Positions 47,048 to 55,780 of a stretch of 64,000 nucleotides of DNA are shown here, one piece after another. The translations under genes were made by a program, and so were the position numbers. Under the pieces are notes generated by a model. That model was given only the letters and a program-made list of their open reading frames with translations. It had not been told where the DNA came from and ran no database searches. The stretch's first letter is position 1; every line of letters starts with the position of its first letter. The stretch comes from Bacteroidales bacterium. GTDB lineage: Bacteria > Bacteroidota > Bacteroidia > Bacteroidales > PUMT01. The stretch covers positions 6,716-70,715 of the forward strand of contig SLMM01000125.1 of NCBI GenBank assembly GCA_007133565.1, written 5' to 3'.

Positions 47048-47998
47048 TCAGGGCTGTTCCGGCCAAATGCCTGTTTTGTTTGTTATCAGTGTACATATGC
47101 CTTCGTGATCATCGGGATGAAACCAGTAAATGTCATTGTATCTGCCCAGCCAGGTAAGTTGCCTCCTTGCATACCTTCGGGTATTGCGCTTAATGAGTTC
47201 AACTGCCGTTTCAAGGGTTGTTTTTCCATCCATATAGTCAAAAAGCTCACGGTATCCGACCGTTTTAAGTGCATTGAGGTGACGGTAGCGATAAAGCTGT
47301 TCAGCCTCTTTCATAAGCCCCTGTTTCATCATATTGTCAACCCTTTTATTGATCATCCCGTACAACTCTTTCCTGTCGCGTCTTAAACCAATCTTTAAGA
47401 TACTGAAAGCTCTCTTTTTTGTTTTTCCTGTTAAGAAAGACGAATAGGGCCTGCCTGTCATGATACTTATTTCAATTGCTTTAAGCATGCGGTTAGGGTT
47501 TTTCAGGTCAACGACCCCGTAATGACCCGGGTCCACTTTTTTCAGCTTTGATCTAAGCCATTCAATACCATATTTTCGGTAGCAGGAAGCAAGTTCTTCA
47601 CGCAGTTCCATATCGACAGAAGGCAGGACGTCAATCCCCCGGCATACAGCATCGATATAGAGGCCCGAACCACCTGTCATGAATATTATCTTGCTGGTTT
47701 TAAAGAGTTTTTCGAGAAGCCCGGTCACTTCAACCTCAAACATGCTGGCATTGTAGTAATCGTGTATTGAGAGGTTGGCGATAAACCAGTGTTTAGCCCT
47801 TGCAAGCTGGTCCTCAGACGGTGCTGCCGTACCGGTTTTTAACTCCCTGTATATCTGGCGTGAATCGGCCGATATTATCTGGCTGCTGTATTTTTCGGCA
47901 AGCAGTATGCAAAGCTCTGTTTTTCCAATCCCGGTCGGGCCTGTAATAACAATCAGGTATGGTATGATTGGGTTGCCGGACCGGCTTGCTGGATCCAT
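47048..47998 (-). CDS. miaA: tRNA dimethylallyltransferase
   Basis: The P-loop VITGPTGIGKTEL, SADSRQIYRE and the C-terminal RRYARRQLTW are typical MiaA. Confidence 0.92.
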   Translation of the reverse strand: MDPASRSGNPIIPYLIVITGPTGIGKTELCILLAEKYSSQIISADSRQIYRELKTGTAAPSEDQLARAKHWFIANLSIHDYYNASMFEVEVTGLLEKLFKTSKIIFMTGGSGLYIDAVCRGIDVLPSVDMELREELASCYRKYGIEWLRSKLKKVDPGHYGVVDLKNPNRMLKAIEISIMTGRPYSSFLTGKTKKRAFSILKIGLRRDRKELYGMINKRVDNMMKQGLMKEAEQLYRYRHLNALKTVGYRELFDYMDGKTTLETAVELIKRNTRRYARRQLTWLGRYNDIYWFHPDDHEGICTLITNKTGIWPEQP

Positions 47999-48075
47999 AT
48001 TGCTGTTTGTGACAGGATAATACTATTTTTCAGTGTTATTGCAGGCTCGAAAAGGACTGGACTTAAAAACCATAA

Positions 48076-49158
48076 TTATTTTAAATTTAACAGAAAGCCG
48101 AGAGTGTCAATGTTGTCAGCATAATCATCCAGACCCGGTTCCTGTGCTTTACCCAGCGGTATTATTCTATTGTTAAAAAATTGCCTGCCTGTGATGCACT
48201 GCAGCTTGTCGCCCGCGGCTGACAATGATGCGAGGGCAGCTTCAACCCGGTCATAATTTTCGTAATTTAGGACTGCAACTGGTGAGGAAAAACTGCTGTT
48301 TTCCCTGATCAGAAGAAAGCCGGAATCAATGTGTGGTATTTTGTCTATAAGATGTATTGCTCTCTGGTATTCATAATTGTTAGCCCACTGATTATGGTCG
48401 TGAAGGTGGCTGTATGTTCCGAATGCTTCTATCAACCCGGCAAAATCATAACCGGCAGGAACGTATATCTTGGACACACTTCTGCAACCCAGTCCGAAAT
48501 ACCTGAATATGTCGTGGGCCAGTCTTTCCAGCTCCTTCTTTGTTTCCCTGCCGTCAATTATCGCTGCCGAATTCCGGTTCTTTCTTATTATGTTAGGGTA
48601 TTTGCCAAAGTAATATTCGAAATATCTCGCTGTATTGTCACTGCCTGTTGCGATGATGGCGTCAAAATCTTTAAGTGTTCCTTCCTCTAGCGTTATTGTT
48701 TTTTCGAATTCCTTATTTATTGCCAGGATTGTTGACGTGATCATTTTTAAAAGCCGGTCATCTTTTGATGAAAGCCTGGCTTTAATCCTGTGACCCGATA
48801 TCAGCACGCAAAGCATATCATGAAATCCAACCATAGGCACATTCCCGGCCATAACAACCGCGACGGTCTTCTGCTTTAGACGGTTAACTGGTGTGCCGTA
48901 GCAACTCAGCCAGCTTACAAGGGATTCGGCAGATAAGGACCTGCCGGTCACTTCCAGGGCATACCTGATATTCTCTTCGGTAAACCATGGATTATGAAGA
49001 TAGCTTGTTTTTACAAGCGACTCCATGGGCCGGAGAAACTCGCTGTTAAGAGCCTCCAGCCATGGTGCCGCATGTATGGGTTTATTCGCCTTCCGGCCGA
49101 ATTGTTCAAGGAATATCCCCAGTTTTTCAAATGTTTCTATATACTCATTCTTCCCCAT
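48076..49158 (-). CDS. LuxC-like acyl-CoA reductase family protein
   Basis: The pattern VAVVMAGNVPMVGFHD...IATGSDNTARYFEYYF...RNSAAIIDG...GLGCRSVSKIYVP matches my recollection of the Bacteroidota acyl-CoA reductase (LuxC) family. Confidence 0.6.
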   Translation of the reverse strand: MGKNEYIETFEKLGIFLEQFGRKANKPIHAAPWLEALNSEFLRPMESLVKTSYLHNPWFTEENIRYALEVTGRSLSAESLVSWLSCYGTPVNRLKQKTVAVVMAGNVPMVGFHDMLCVLISGHRIKARLSSKDDRLLKMITSTILAINKEFEKTITLEEGTLKDFDAIIATGSDNTARYFEYYFGKYPNIIRKNRNSAAIIDGRETKKELERLAHDIFRYFGLGCRSVSKIYVPAGYDFAGLIEAFGTYSHLHDHNQWANNYEYQRAIHLIDKIPHIDSGFLLIRENSSFSSPVAVLNYENYDRVEAALASLSAAGDKLQCITGRQFFNNRIIPLGKAQEPGLDDYADNIDTLGFLLNLK

Positions 49159-49199
49159 TTCAACAGCAATACCGGGTAATATTCAAGGGATTGCCTGTT

Positions 49200-49562
49200 C
49201 TAGAAACCGTTCATCAGATCTTCCCATGGGAAGAAATGCATGAAGCCTGTCCCAATCAGAACACCTATTATTCCTATCAGCAATCCTATACCGGCCAGGA
49301 TCGTGCCTATCATTGCACAAATCCAGCCTGCGTTCAGGTTTTTGTAGGATGACACCGAATAGCGCTCAGGGTCTTCATTGTAAATTTTCTTGGACTTGGA
49401 ACCCAGAATAAGTCCCACAACACCAAGTATCAGGCCAATTCCCCAGCAACACCAGAAAAGAATTGAAAGAATACCAAGTACCAGCACAACGGTAGAGTTG
49501 GGTACCTGTTCCTTAACCAGAATCTCCTTTTTTTCTTCAGAGGGTTGAACTGTTTCACTCAT
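49200..49562 (-). CDS. Small three/four-TM membrane protein (CCC-motif / DUF4190-like)
   Basis: VLVLGILSILFWCCWGIGLILGVVGLILGSKSKKIY is followed by a second glycine-zipper-like TM pair. Confidence 0.45.
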   Translation of the reverse strand: MSETVQPSEEKKEILVKEQVPNSTVVLVLGILSILFWCCWGIGLILGVVGLILGSKSKKIYNEDPERYSVSSYKNLNAGWICAMIGTILAGIGLLIGIIGVLIGTGFMHFFPWEDLMNGF

Positions 49563-49574
49563 AGCGATAAATTT

Positions 49575-49907
49575 TTATGGGGTTAATAAGTTATAAATAT
49601 AATTTAAAACCATTACAATGACATTCAATATGAACAAAATTTTTATATACAGGGCTCCCTGCCTGAGCTTGAATACCAGGTGAACTACCAGGAGTAATAA
49701 AAGAAGAAGGTTAGGTATAATTGGAGGATATATGGTTACAGAGCCGGCAAAGTTCCCTTTGAGCAATTCGAGTATAGCCCTTTGTGTACCGCAGCCCGGG
49801 CATTCGGCACCCAGAAATCTGACATACATGCAGGGCTGTGTTACCGATTCCAGCCAGGCTATGAATTTTTGATACAAATCTTCTGTTTTTTTCCGAAAAA
49901 TAGGCAA
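49575..49907 (-). CDS. DUF2752-like membrane protein
   Basis: The CPGCGTQRA motif is followed by hydrophobic helices. The track start is a TTG, and an internal ATG (MYVRFLG) is an alternative start. Confidence 0.6.
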   Translation of the reverse strand: MPIFRKKTEDLYQKFIAWLESVTQPCMYVRFLGAECPGCGTQRAILELLKGNFAGSVTIYPPIIPNLLLLLLLVVHLVFKLRQGALYIKILFILNVIVMVLNYIYNLLTP

Positions 49908-49952
49908 ATATCAGGTAAAAAAAAAACCTGCATGCCTGTATAGGTGATCTGG

Positions 49953-51599
49953 TTACTGGAGCACGAAATTTATAGGGAAAGTGAATGCTACATTCACTGG
50001 CTGCCCCCTCTGCCTGCCGGGGGTCCAGCGCGGCGAAGACATCACGACCCTTAACGCTTCCCGGTCTAGCGTGGGATCGATTCCCCTTACTATTGTGGCA
50101 TTCTCTACCGTACCATCACTCATTACCGTAAACTGTACAAATACCCTGCCTTCTATTCCGTTTTCTGCTGCTGCCTGCGGATAGCGGAGATTTTCGGCAA
50201 TATATTTTCTGAACGCATCCTGTCCGCCACCCTGGAAATCAGGCATATCTTCAACAATAAAAAATATTTCGCTTTCGCCGGGAGATGGGTGCGGGGGATC
50301 AGGGAACCCGGCAGGAGGTTCGCTTTGGCCGTCGCGCTCGCGGGAAATGCCGGCTGTGCCGGGTGATTCAGTGTTGTCATCGTTTGCAGGGCCGTAGTAT
50401 TGGTCGAAGAGATCACCTCTATCCTCAGTGCCGGGTGATACAGTGTTATCATTGCTTACGGGTGGTGCAATATTACCTGTTTCCGGTGTTGCCTGTGAAG
50501 TGCCTGTTTCATATCCGGGCCCGGCACTAATATTTGAAGATGGTATTATATCATAACCGGGCGGTTCTTCCATACTGCCCGTTATGTTGGGAACTCCATT
50601 GCCTCCATCTTCAGATGGTATCATTGGGGCATCCCCTGCACCGGCCATGTTTTCTGCAGCAATGCCTGCTGTGCCTCTATCAGCTTCATTGTCAATTATG
50701 TATCTTTCCGTTACCGGTTCTGATGCTGCATAGGTTATCTCCTCTTCTTCCTTTGTGCACATGAGTACCACAAAAACCAGTAACGGAACCAGTATATAGA
50801 ACCCTATTCTCTTCCATGCCGCAGGCTTTATAGATGTCATCATCCTTATGCGGTTAAGGGTGAGCGACCTGTTGAAATTGCTGGCAGGAGAAAAGTACTC
50901 CCTTCCAAGCTGGAGGTTCAGCAGAAGTGACTGGTAAAATGATATATTAGTGCCCTTTTTAATTATCTCCTCATCTGCAAGGTATTCGTGTATTTCCAGT
51001 ATTGATCTCCTGTAGAGCCAGGCAACGGGGTTAAACCATTGCACTATGGTGAGCAGCTCCAGCAGCATCAGGTCAAAGGTGTGTGCCTGGCTTATGTGTA
51101 CCAGTTCATGATCTATTATGTTCTGTTTCTCTTCATCCCCATAAAGTGATTCATTGATAAAGATGTAGTTAAGAAAAGAGAAGGGTGCCTGTTCTGAGTT
51201 CAGGTTTACGATAATTGCATTTTTATACCTCCTTGTTGTGTTACGGCTGATAAGAAGAGCCAGATGGGTCAGCCTGACTATAAGCCGCAGTGCCAGAAGG
51301 GCCACACCTGCTATATATGCAACCATAAGTGCCCTGGCCGCTGAGAGCGGACCAGGTTCCGGACGGACCGGCCCTGATGGTGCCTGGCTGTAAACGGTTA
51401 CCTCGGGTATTAAATTTGAATAGTTCGCGACAGTAACCGGTGGTGTGAAGTTTATATGTGGGAGCAACATTGAGAAGATAACCGCTGCAAGGAGAAAGTA
51501 CCTGTTTGCACGGAAGAATGTCAGCTTCTGCAGAAAGATGACATATGCCAGGTAGAATAGCGCCAGGCTTATTGCGGGTTCAATTATCAGAGACAGCAT
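49953..51599 (-). CDS. BlaR1/MecR1-like M56 peptidase-sensor fused to a C-terminal TonB_C domain
   Basis: N-terminal TM helices, the zinc motif IDHELVHISQAH plus EYLADE, and a further TM helix. A P/G/E/N-rich linker follows. The C-terminus is TonB-like: GIEGRVFVQFTVMSDGTVENATIVRGIDPTLDREALRVV...PVNVAFTFPINF. Confidence 0.8.
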   Translation of the reverse strand: MLSLIIEPAISLALFYLAYVIFLQKLTFFRANRYFLLAAVIFSMLLPHINFTPPVTVANYSNLIPEVTVYSQAPSGPVRPEPGPLSAARALMVAYIAGVALLALRLIVRLTHLALLISRNTTRRYKNAIIVNLNSEQAPFSFLNYIFINESLYGDEEKQNIIDHELVHISQAHTFDLMLLELLTIVQWFNPVAWLYRRSILEIHEYLADEEIIKKGTNISFYQSLLLNLQLGREYFSPASNFNRSLTLNRIRMMTSIKPAAWKRIGFYILVPLLVFVVLMCTKEEEEITYAASEPVTERYIIDNEADRGTAGIAAENMAGAGDAPMIPSEDGGNGVPNITGSMEEPPGYDIIPSSNISAGPGYETGTSQATPETGNIAPPVSNDNTVSPGTEDRGDLFDQYYGPANDDNTESPGTAGISRERDGQSEPPAGFPDPPHPSPGESEIFFIVEDMPDFQGGGQDAFRKYIAENLRYPQAAAENGIEGRVFVQFTVMSDGTVENATIVRGIDPTLDREALRVVMSSPRWTPGRQRGQPVNVAFTFPINFVLQ

Positions 51600-51702
51600 A
51601 CTTAATGTTAATTGATAATCAAAAATAATAACCGGCTCTTACCTGTAAAACTCGCCAGAATACCGGAGTATTGTATGTACTGGTGGTTAATAATCCACCC
51701 TG

Positions 51703-52095
51703 TTATTCATTCCCCTGTTTTTGTTTCTCGATCTCCTGTTCTATTAACTGCCTCATCTCTTCCATTTCGCTGATGCTGAGTTTTTCTTCCCTTGCAAAAA
51801 ATGAGACCATCTGTTTGTATGAATTGCTGAAATAATTCTGTACAAAATTGCGAAGGTATTTCTGGGTGTATTCGGGCTTGTTAACCAACGGGTAATATTC
51901 ATGTGTTTTGCCGTATGCTTTGTAACCCACAAATCCTTTTTTCTCAAGAATCCTTATTATTGTGGAAACAGTGTTGTATGCAGGTTTGGGATCGGGCAGG
52001 TGCACAATTATATCCTTTACAAATGCCTTCTCAAGTTTCCACAATATCTGCATTATCTGTTCTTCAGCCCGTGTCAGTTGCTTCATGTCAGCCAT
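51703..52095 (-). CDS. BlaI/MecI/CopY-family transcriptional repressor
   Basis: A winged-helix N-terminus (LTRAEEQIMQILWKLEKAFVKDI...YNTVSTIIRILEKKGFV). The gene is directly upstream of the M56 sensor on the same strand. Confidence 0.85.
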   Translation of the reverse strand: MADMKQLTRAEEQIMQILWKLEKAFVKDIIVHLPDPKPAYNTVSTIIRILEKKGFVGYKAYGKTHEYYPLVNKPEYTQKYLRNFVQNYFSNSYKQMVSFFAREEKLSISEMEEMRQLIEQEIEKQKQGNE

Positions 52096-52327
52096 TGTTT
52101 TATTTGTTGTCAGTAATTATTACAAATATAAAACTATATGATTAGTTTAGCAACTAATTATTGATTTTTTTCTGACCAGGCAAGAAAAAATTACATAGAA
52201 ATGTTTTACACGTGAGTGTTCAGAATAATTTTCAATTATAAATTATTCTTGATTACCGGAGAAATAGAGTAATTTTGTTGCCGGTACATACCGTTTTTCC
52301 TATTTTTAACTTCAAATATCTGCAGCA

Positions 52328-53584
52328 ATGGGAGCCATTATAAGACTGGGTTTGTTGTTCTGGGAGAACATCACCATATCATTCCAGGCAATACGTGCAA
52401 GCAAGCTGAGGACTATACTTACTATATTTATCATTGCATTCGGCATAATGGCCCTCGTTGGAATACTTACAGCAATTGATGCTGTCAAGGGTTCAATAAG
52501 CGAATCTTTCATGAGTATGGGCGCCAATACTTTTATGATAGAGGGGCTTAACATTACACGGGTTTCGGCCGACAGGCAAAGGATCAGGAATTATGCCTAC
52601 ATTAACTACAGGGAAGCAAATGCATTCAAGGATGATTTCAGCTTTCCCGCCAATGTTGCCGTTTTTATAAATGCTTCGGGAAATGCTGCTGTAAGTCACG
52701 GATCGCGCACAAGCAATCCAAATGTTTCGGTAGTGGGGGCCGATGAGGAGTATCTCATGACAGCCGGTCATGAGATTGAAAGGGGCAGGAATTTTACCGC
52801 CAACGATATTGAAATGAACAGGCACCTTGCCATTGTCGGGAAAGAGGTGGTACGCAATATTTTTGATGCGGGAACAGATCCCCTGGATAAGATTATAACT
52901 GTAGGGAGTGGTAAGTACAGGATAATAGGGGTGCTCAGGGAGAAGGGAACAACCTTCGGGGGAGGTGGCGACAATATCGTTATCCTGCCGGTTACCAATG
53001 TGAGGCAGTACTTCTCACGGCCCAGGATGAACTACAGGGTGAATGTGATGCCATCAACCCCACATATTCTTGATATTGCTGTAAGTGAAGCCGAAGGAGT
53101 TTTCAGGCAGGTACGTGGACTAAGACCGGGGGAGGATTCCGATTTCAGGATTACCAAAAGTGATAACCTTGCAAATATGGTAATTGAGAATCTTCGTTAT
53201 GTGACCATCGCTGCTACTCTTATTGGCATAATAACGCTTTTCGGGGCAGCGGTGGGCCTGATGAACATAATGCTTGTTTCGGTTACCGAACGGACAAGGG
53301 AAATCGGCATAAGAAAGGCTCTTGGGGCTAAGAGCGCCTATATTAAACATCAATTCCTGTTTGAGGCGGTCATAATAGGACAACTTGGAGGAATTGTAGG
53401 TATTTTTCTTGGAATCCTGATAGGCAATCTTGTATCGGTGATCACCGGCTCTCCCTTTGTTGTTCCATGGTTATGGATAGTTACGGGTGTAGTCCTTTGC
53501 CTGATTGTTGGCTTATCATCTGGCTACTTCCCCGCAGTCAAGGCCTCAAAGCTGGACCCTATAGTTGCACTCAGATATGAATAG
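52328..53584 (+). CDS. ABC transporter permease, MacB/FtsX type
   Basis: Architecture is an N-terminal TM helix, a periplasmic MacB_PCD-like domain, then an FtsX 3-TM bundle with the motif [18 protein letters not shown]. Confidence 0.85.
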   Translation: MGAIIRLGLLFWENITISFQAIRASKLRTILTIFIIAFGIMALVGILTAIDAVKGSISESFMSMGANTFMIEGLNITRVSADRQRIRNYAYINYREANAFKDDFSFPANVAVFINASGNAAVSHGSRTSNPNVSVVGADEEYLMTAGHEIERGRNFTANDIEMNRHLAIVGKEVVRNIFDAGTDPLDKIITVGSGKYRIIGVLREKGTTFGGGGDNIVILPVTNVRQYFSRPRMNYRVNVMPSTPHILDIAVSEAEGVFRQVRGLRPGEDSDFRITKSDNLANMVIENLRYVTIAATLIGIITLFGAAVGLMNIMLVSVTERTREIGIRKALGAKSAYIKHQFLFEAVIIGQLGGIVGIFLGILIGNLVSVITGSPFVVPWLWIVTGVVLCLIVGLSSGYFPAVKASKLDPIVALRYE

Positions 53585-53607
53585 ACCTTTACCCGAATTT
53601 CATTGAT

Positions 53608-53988
53608 ATGGAAATACTGAGAATAGAGAAGGAATCCAAAACACCACTCATTGAGCTGGATCCCTCAAAAGGGGTCCTCACCATGGAGGGCCGCTCAATT
53701 CCCGAAGATCCTGAAGCATTTTACAATGTTGTTTATTCGAGCATGCTCGATTATTATGAATCACCCCAGGGTGTTACCACTTTTCATTTTCAGTTTGAGT
53801 ATATCAATTCGGGGTCATCAAAATTTATCCTCAGGTTCTTTCATCTTATAAAGACGCAGTATGACATGGGGCATGACTGCCTTGTCAACTGGTACTATGA
53901 AGAAGATGACGAAAACATCTATGACCTGGGAAAACACTATGAGAACACCTTCAAACTACCTTTCAGGTTTGTTGAAATATACGGGTAA
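53608..53988 (+). CDS. DUF1987 (SiaC-like) protein
   Basis: ESKTPLIELDPSKGVLTMEGRSIPEDPEAFY and FEYINSGSSK match my recollection of the DUF1987 family pattern. Confidence 0.6.
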   Translation: MEILRIEKESKTPLIELDPSKGVLTMEGRSIPEDPEAFYNVVYSSMLDYYESPQGVTTFHFQFEYINSGSSKFILRFFHLIKTQYDMGHDCLVNWYYEEDDENIYDLGKHYENTFKLPFRFVEIYG

Positions 53989-54026
53989 CCCTTTGCCCCG
54001 TTGCCTGCAGGGAACTGAATACAGAA

Positions 54027-54058
54027 GAGGCTGCACCCTGCAGGGGACAGCCTCTTTT
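54027..54058. terminator. Bidirectional terminator between the DUF1987 gene and gap
   Basis: GAGGCTG (54027-54033) pairs with CAGCCTC (54048-54054), with an internal CCCTGCAGGG sub-palindrome. TTTT follows on the plus strand and TTCT on the minus strand. Confidence 0.5.
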
Positions 54059-54079
54059 CGTAGATTATTTCTTTATGTG

Positions 54080-55090
<1,011 letters not shown>

Positions 55091-55139
55091 TTATATTTAG
55101 TTAGTTTGAAAATATTTATGACCCGGTAAAAACCGCAGA

Positions 55140-55170
55140 CAAAAGTAAATAAAAAGAGGAAATAGTCAAA
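55140..55170 (-). promoter_or_regulatory. Consensus Bacteroidota sigma-A promoter for gap: TTTG, 19 nt spacer, TACTTTTG
   Basis: The reverse strand reads TTTTTTG ACTATTTCCTCTTTTTATT TACTTTTG. The -33 box is the complement of 55167-55170 and the -7 box is the complement of 55140-55147. It lies about 55 nt upstream of the gap ATG. Confidence 0.55.
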
Positions 55171-55377
55171 AAATATTCCGGGGTAACCTTGTTTCACTGT
55201 CAAAATCAAATTCAGCCCTTGTTCTGGCAGGGCAGGGATAAAAAAATAGAATCCAGCGTTGCTTGCGGGTAAGTCAGTATGAAATACTGAAAAGGCTGCC
55301 GGAGTTATCCCGGCAAAAAATAACGGTATTTCGTATGGCTGCTATACCGGAGCCACTTTCCTGGCCGGCCGGCAAAT

Positions 55378-55503
55378 TCAGCTTTTCATTTCCTGCTGCT
55401 CTGTTTCATGGTGTCCGTAGGCGGGGCATTTCTGAGCTGAGCAGGAGCTGAATATAACGGCTGCGAAAAAAACCAGGGCAAGAATGTAATGTACTCTTTT
55501 CAT
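55378..55503 (-). CDS. Candidate 41-aa small lipoprotein (unlisted ORF)
   Basis: Translation is MKRVHYILALVFFAAVIFSSCSAQKCPAYGHHETEQQEMKS, a signal peptide plus lipobox (FSSC). A TAAATTTG -7 box (complement of 55526-55533) lies 22 nt upstream of the ATG. Confidence 0.4.
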   Translation of the reverse strand: MKRVHYILALVFFAAVIFSSCSAQKCPAYGHHETEQQEMKS

Positions 55504-55780
55504 TGATATAGTTAACAGATTATTTCAAATTTAACGGCAATAAATATACAAGTTTTTTTAAAAACCATAATGCGGCCGGCAATTAATCTGAATATTACTG
55601 TTATAAAATTACCGGCAGTTAAAGCACGCCTGCACACGGTTGTTAAATTATGTTAATAGATACGGTTTATATAAATAAAGGGTTACAAAAGCACGAATTT
55701 TTGTATTTTGCCCGTCATTATTTATGCCTGTCCGTTTAGAATGATATCAGTTGTTTTATTTTAAACCTAATATTTTACCG

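Noticed and set aside
47048-47096. 49-nt overlap between miaA and the NUDIX ORF, which would suggest overlapping genes
   Set aside because: The overlap disappears when the NUDIX gene starts at the internal ATG (complement of 47010-47012). That start still precedes all conserved Nudix-fold sequence.
52113-52123. GTAAT-T-ATTAC palindrome upstream of blaI as a definite operator
   Set aside because: Five-bp arms in AT-rich DNA are expected dozens of times in 64 kb. It is kept only as a remark within the BlaI/BlaR finding and is not called as a feature.
55263-55451. 62-aa plus-strand ORF in the gap-amidohydrolase spacer
   Set aside because: It has no motif and starts with a non-ATG codon. It overlaps the better-supported minus-strand lipoprotein ORF, which has a signal peptide, a lipobox and a -7 box.
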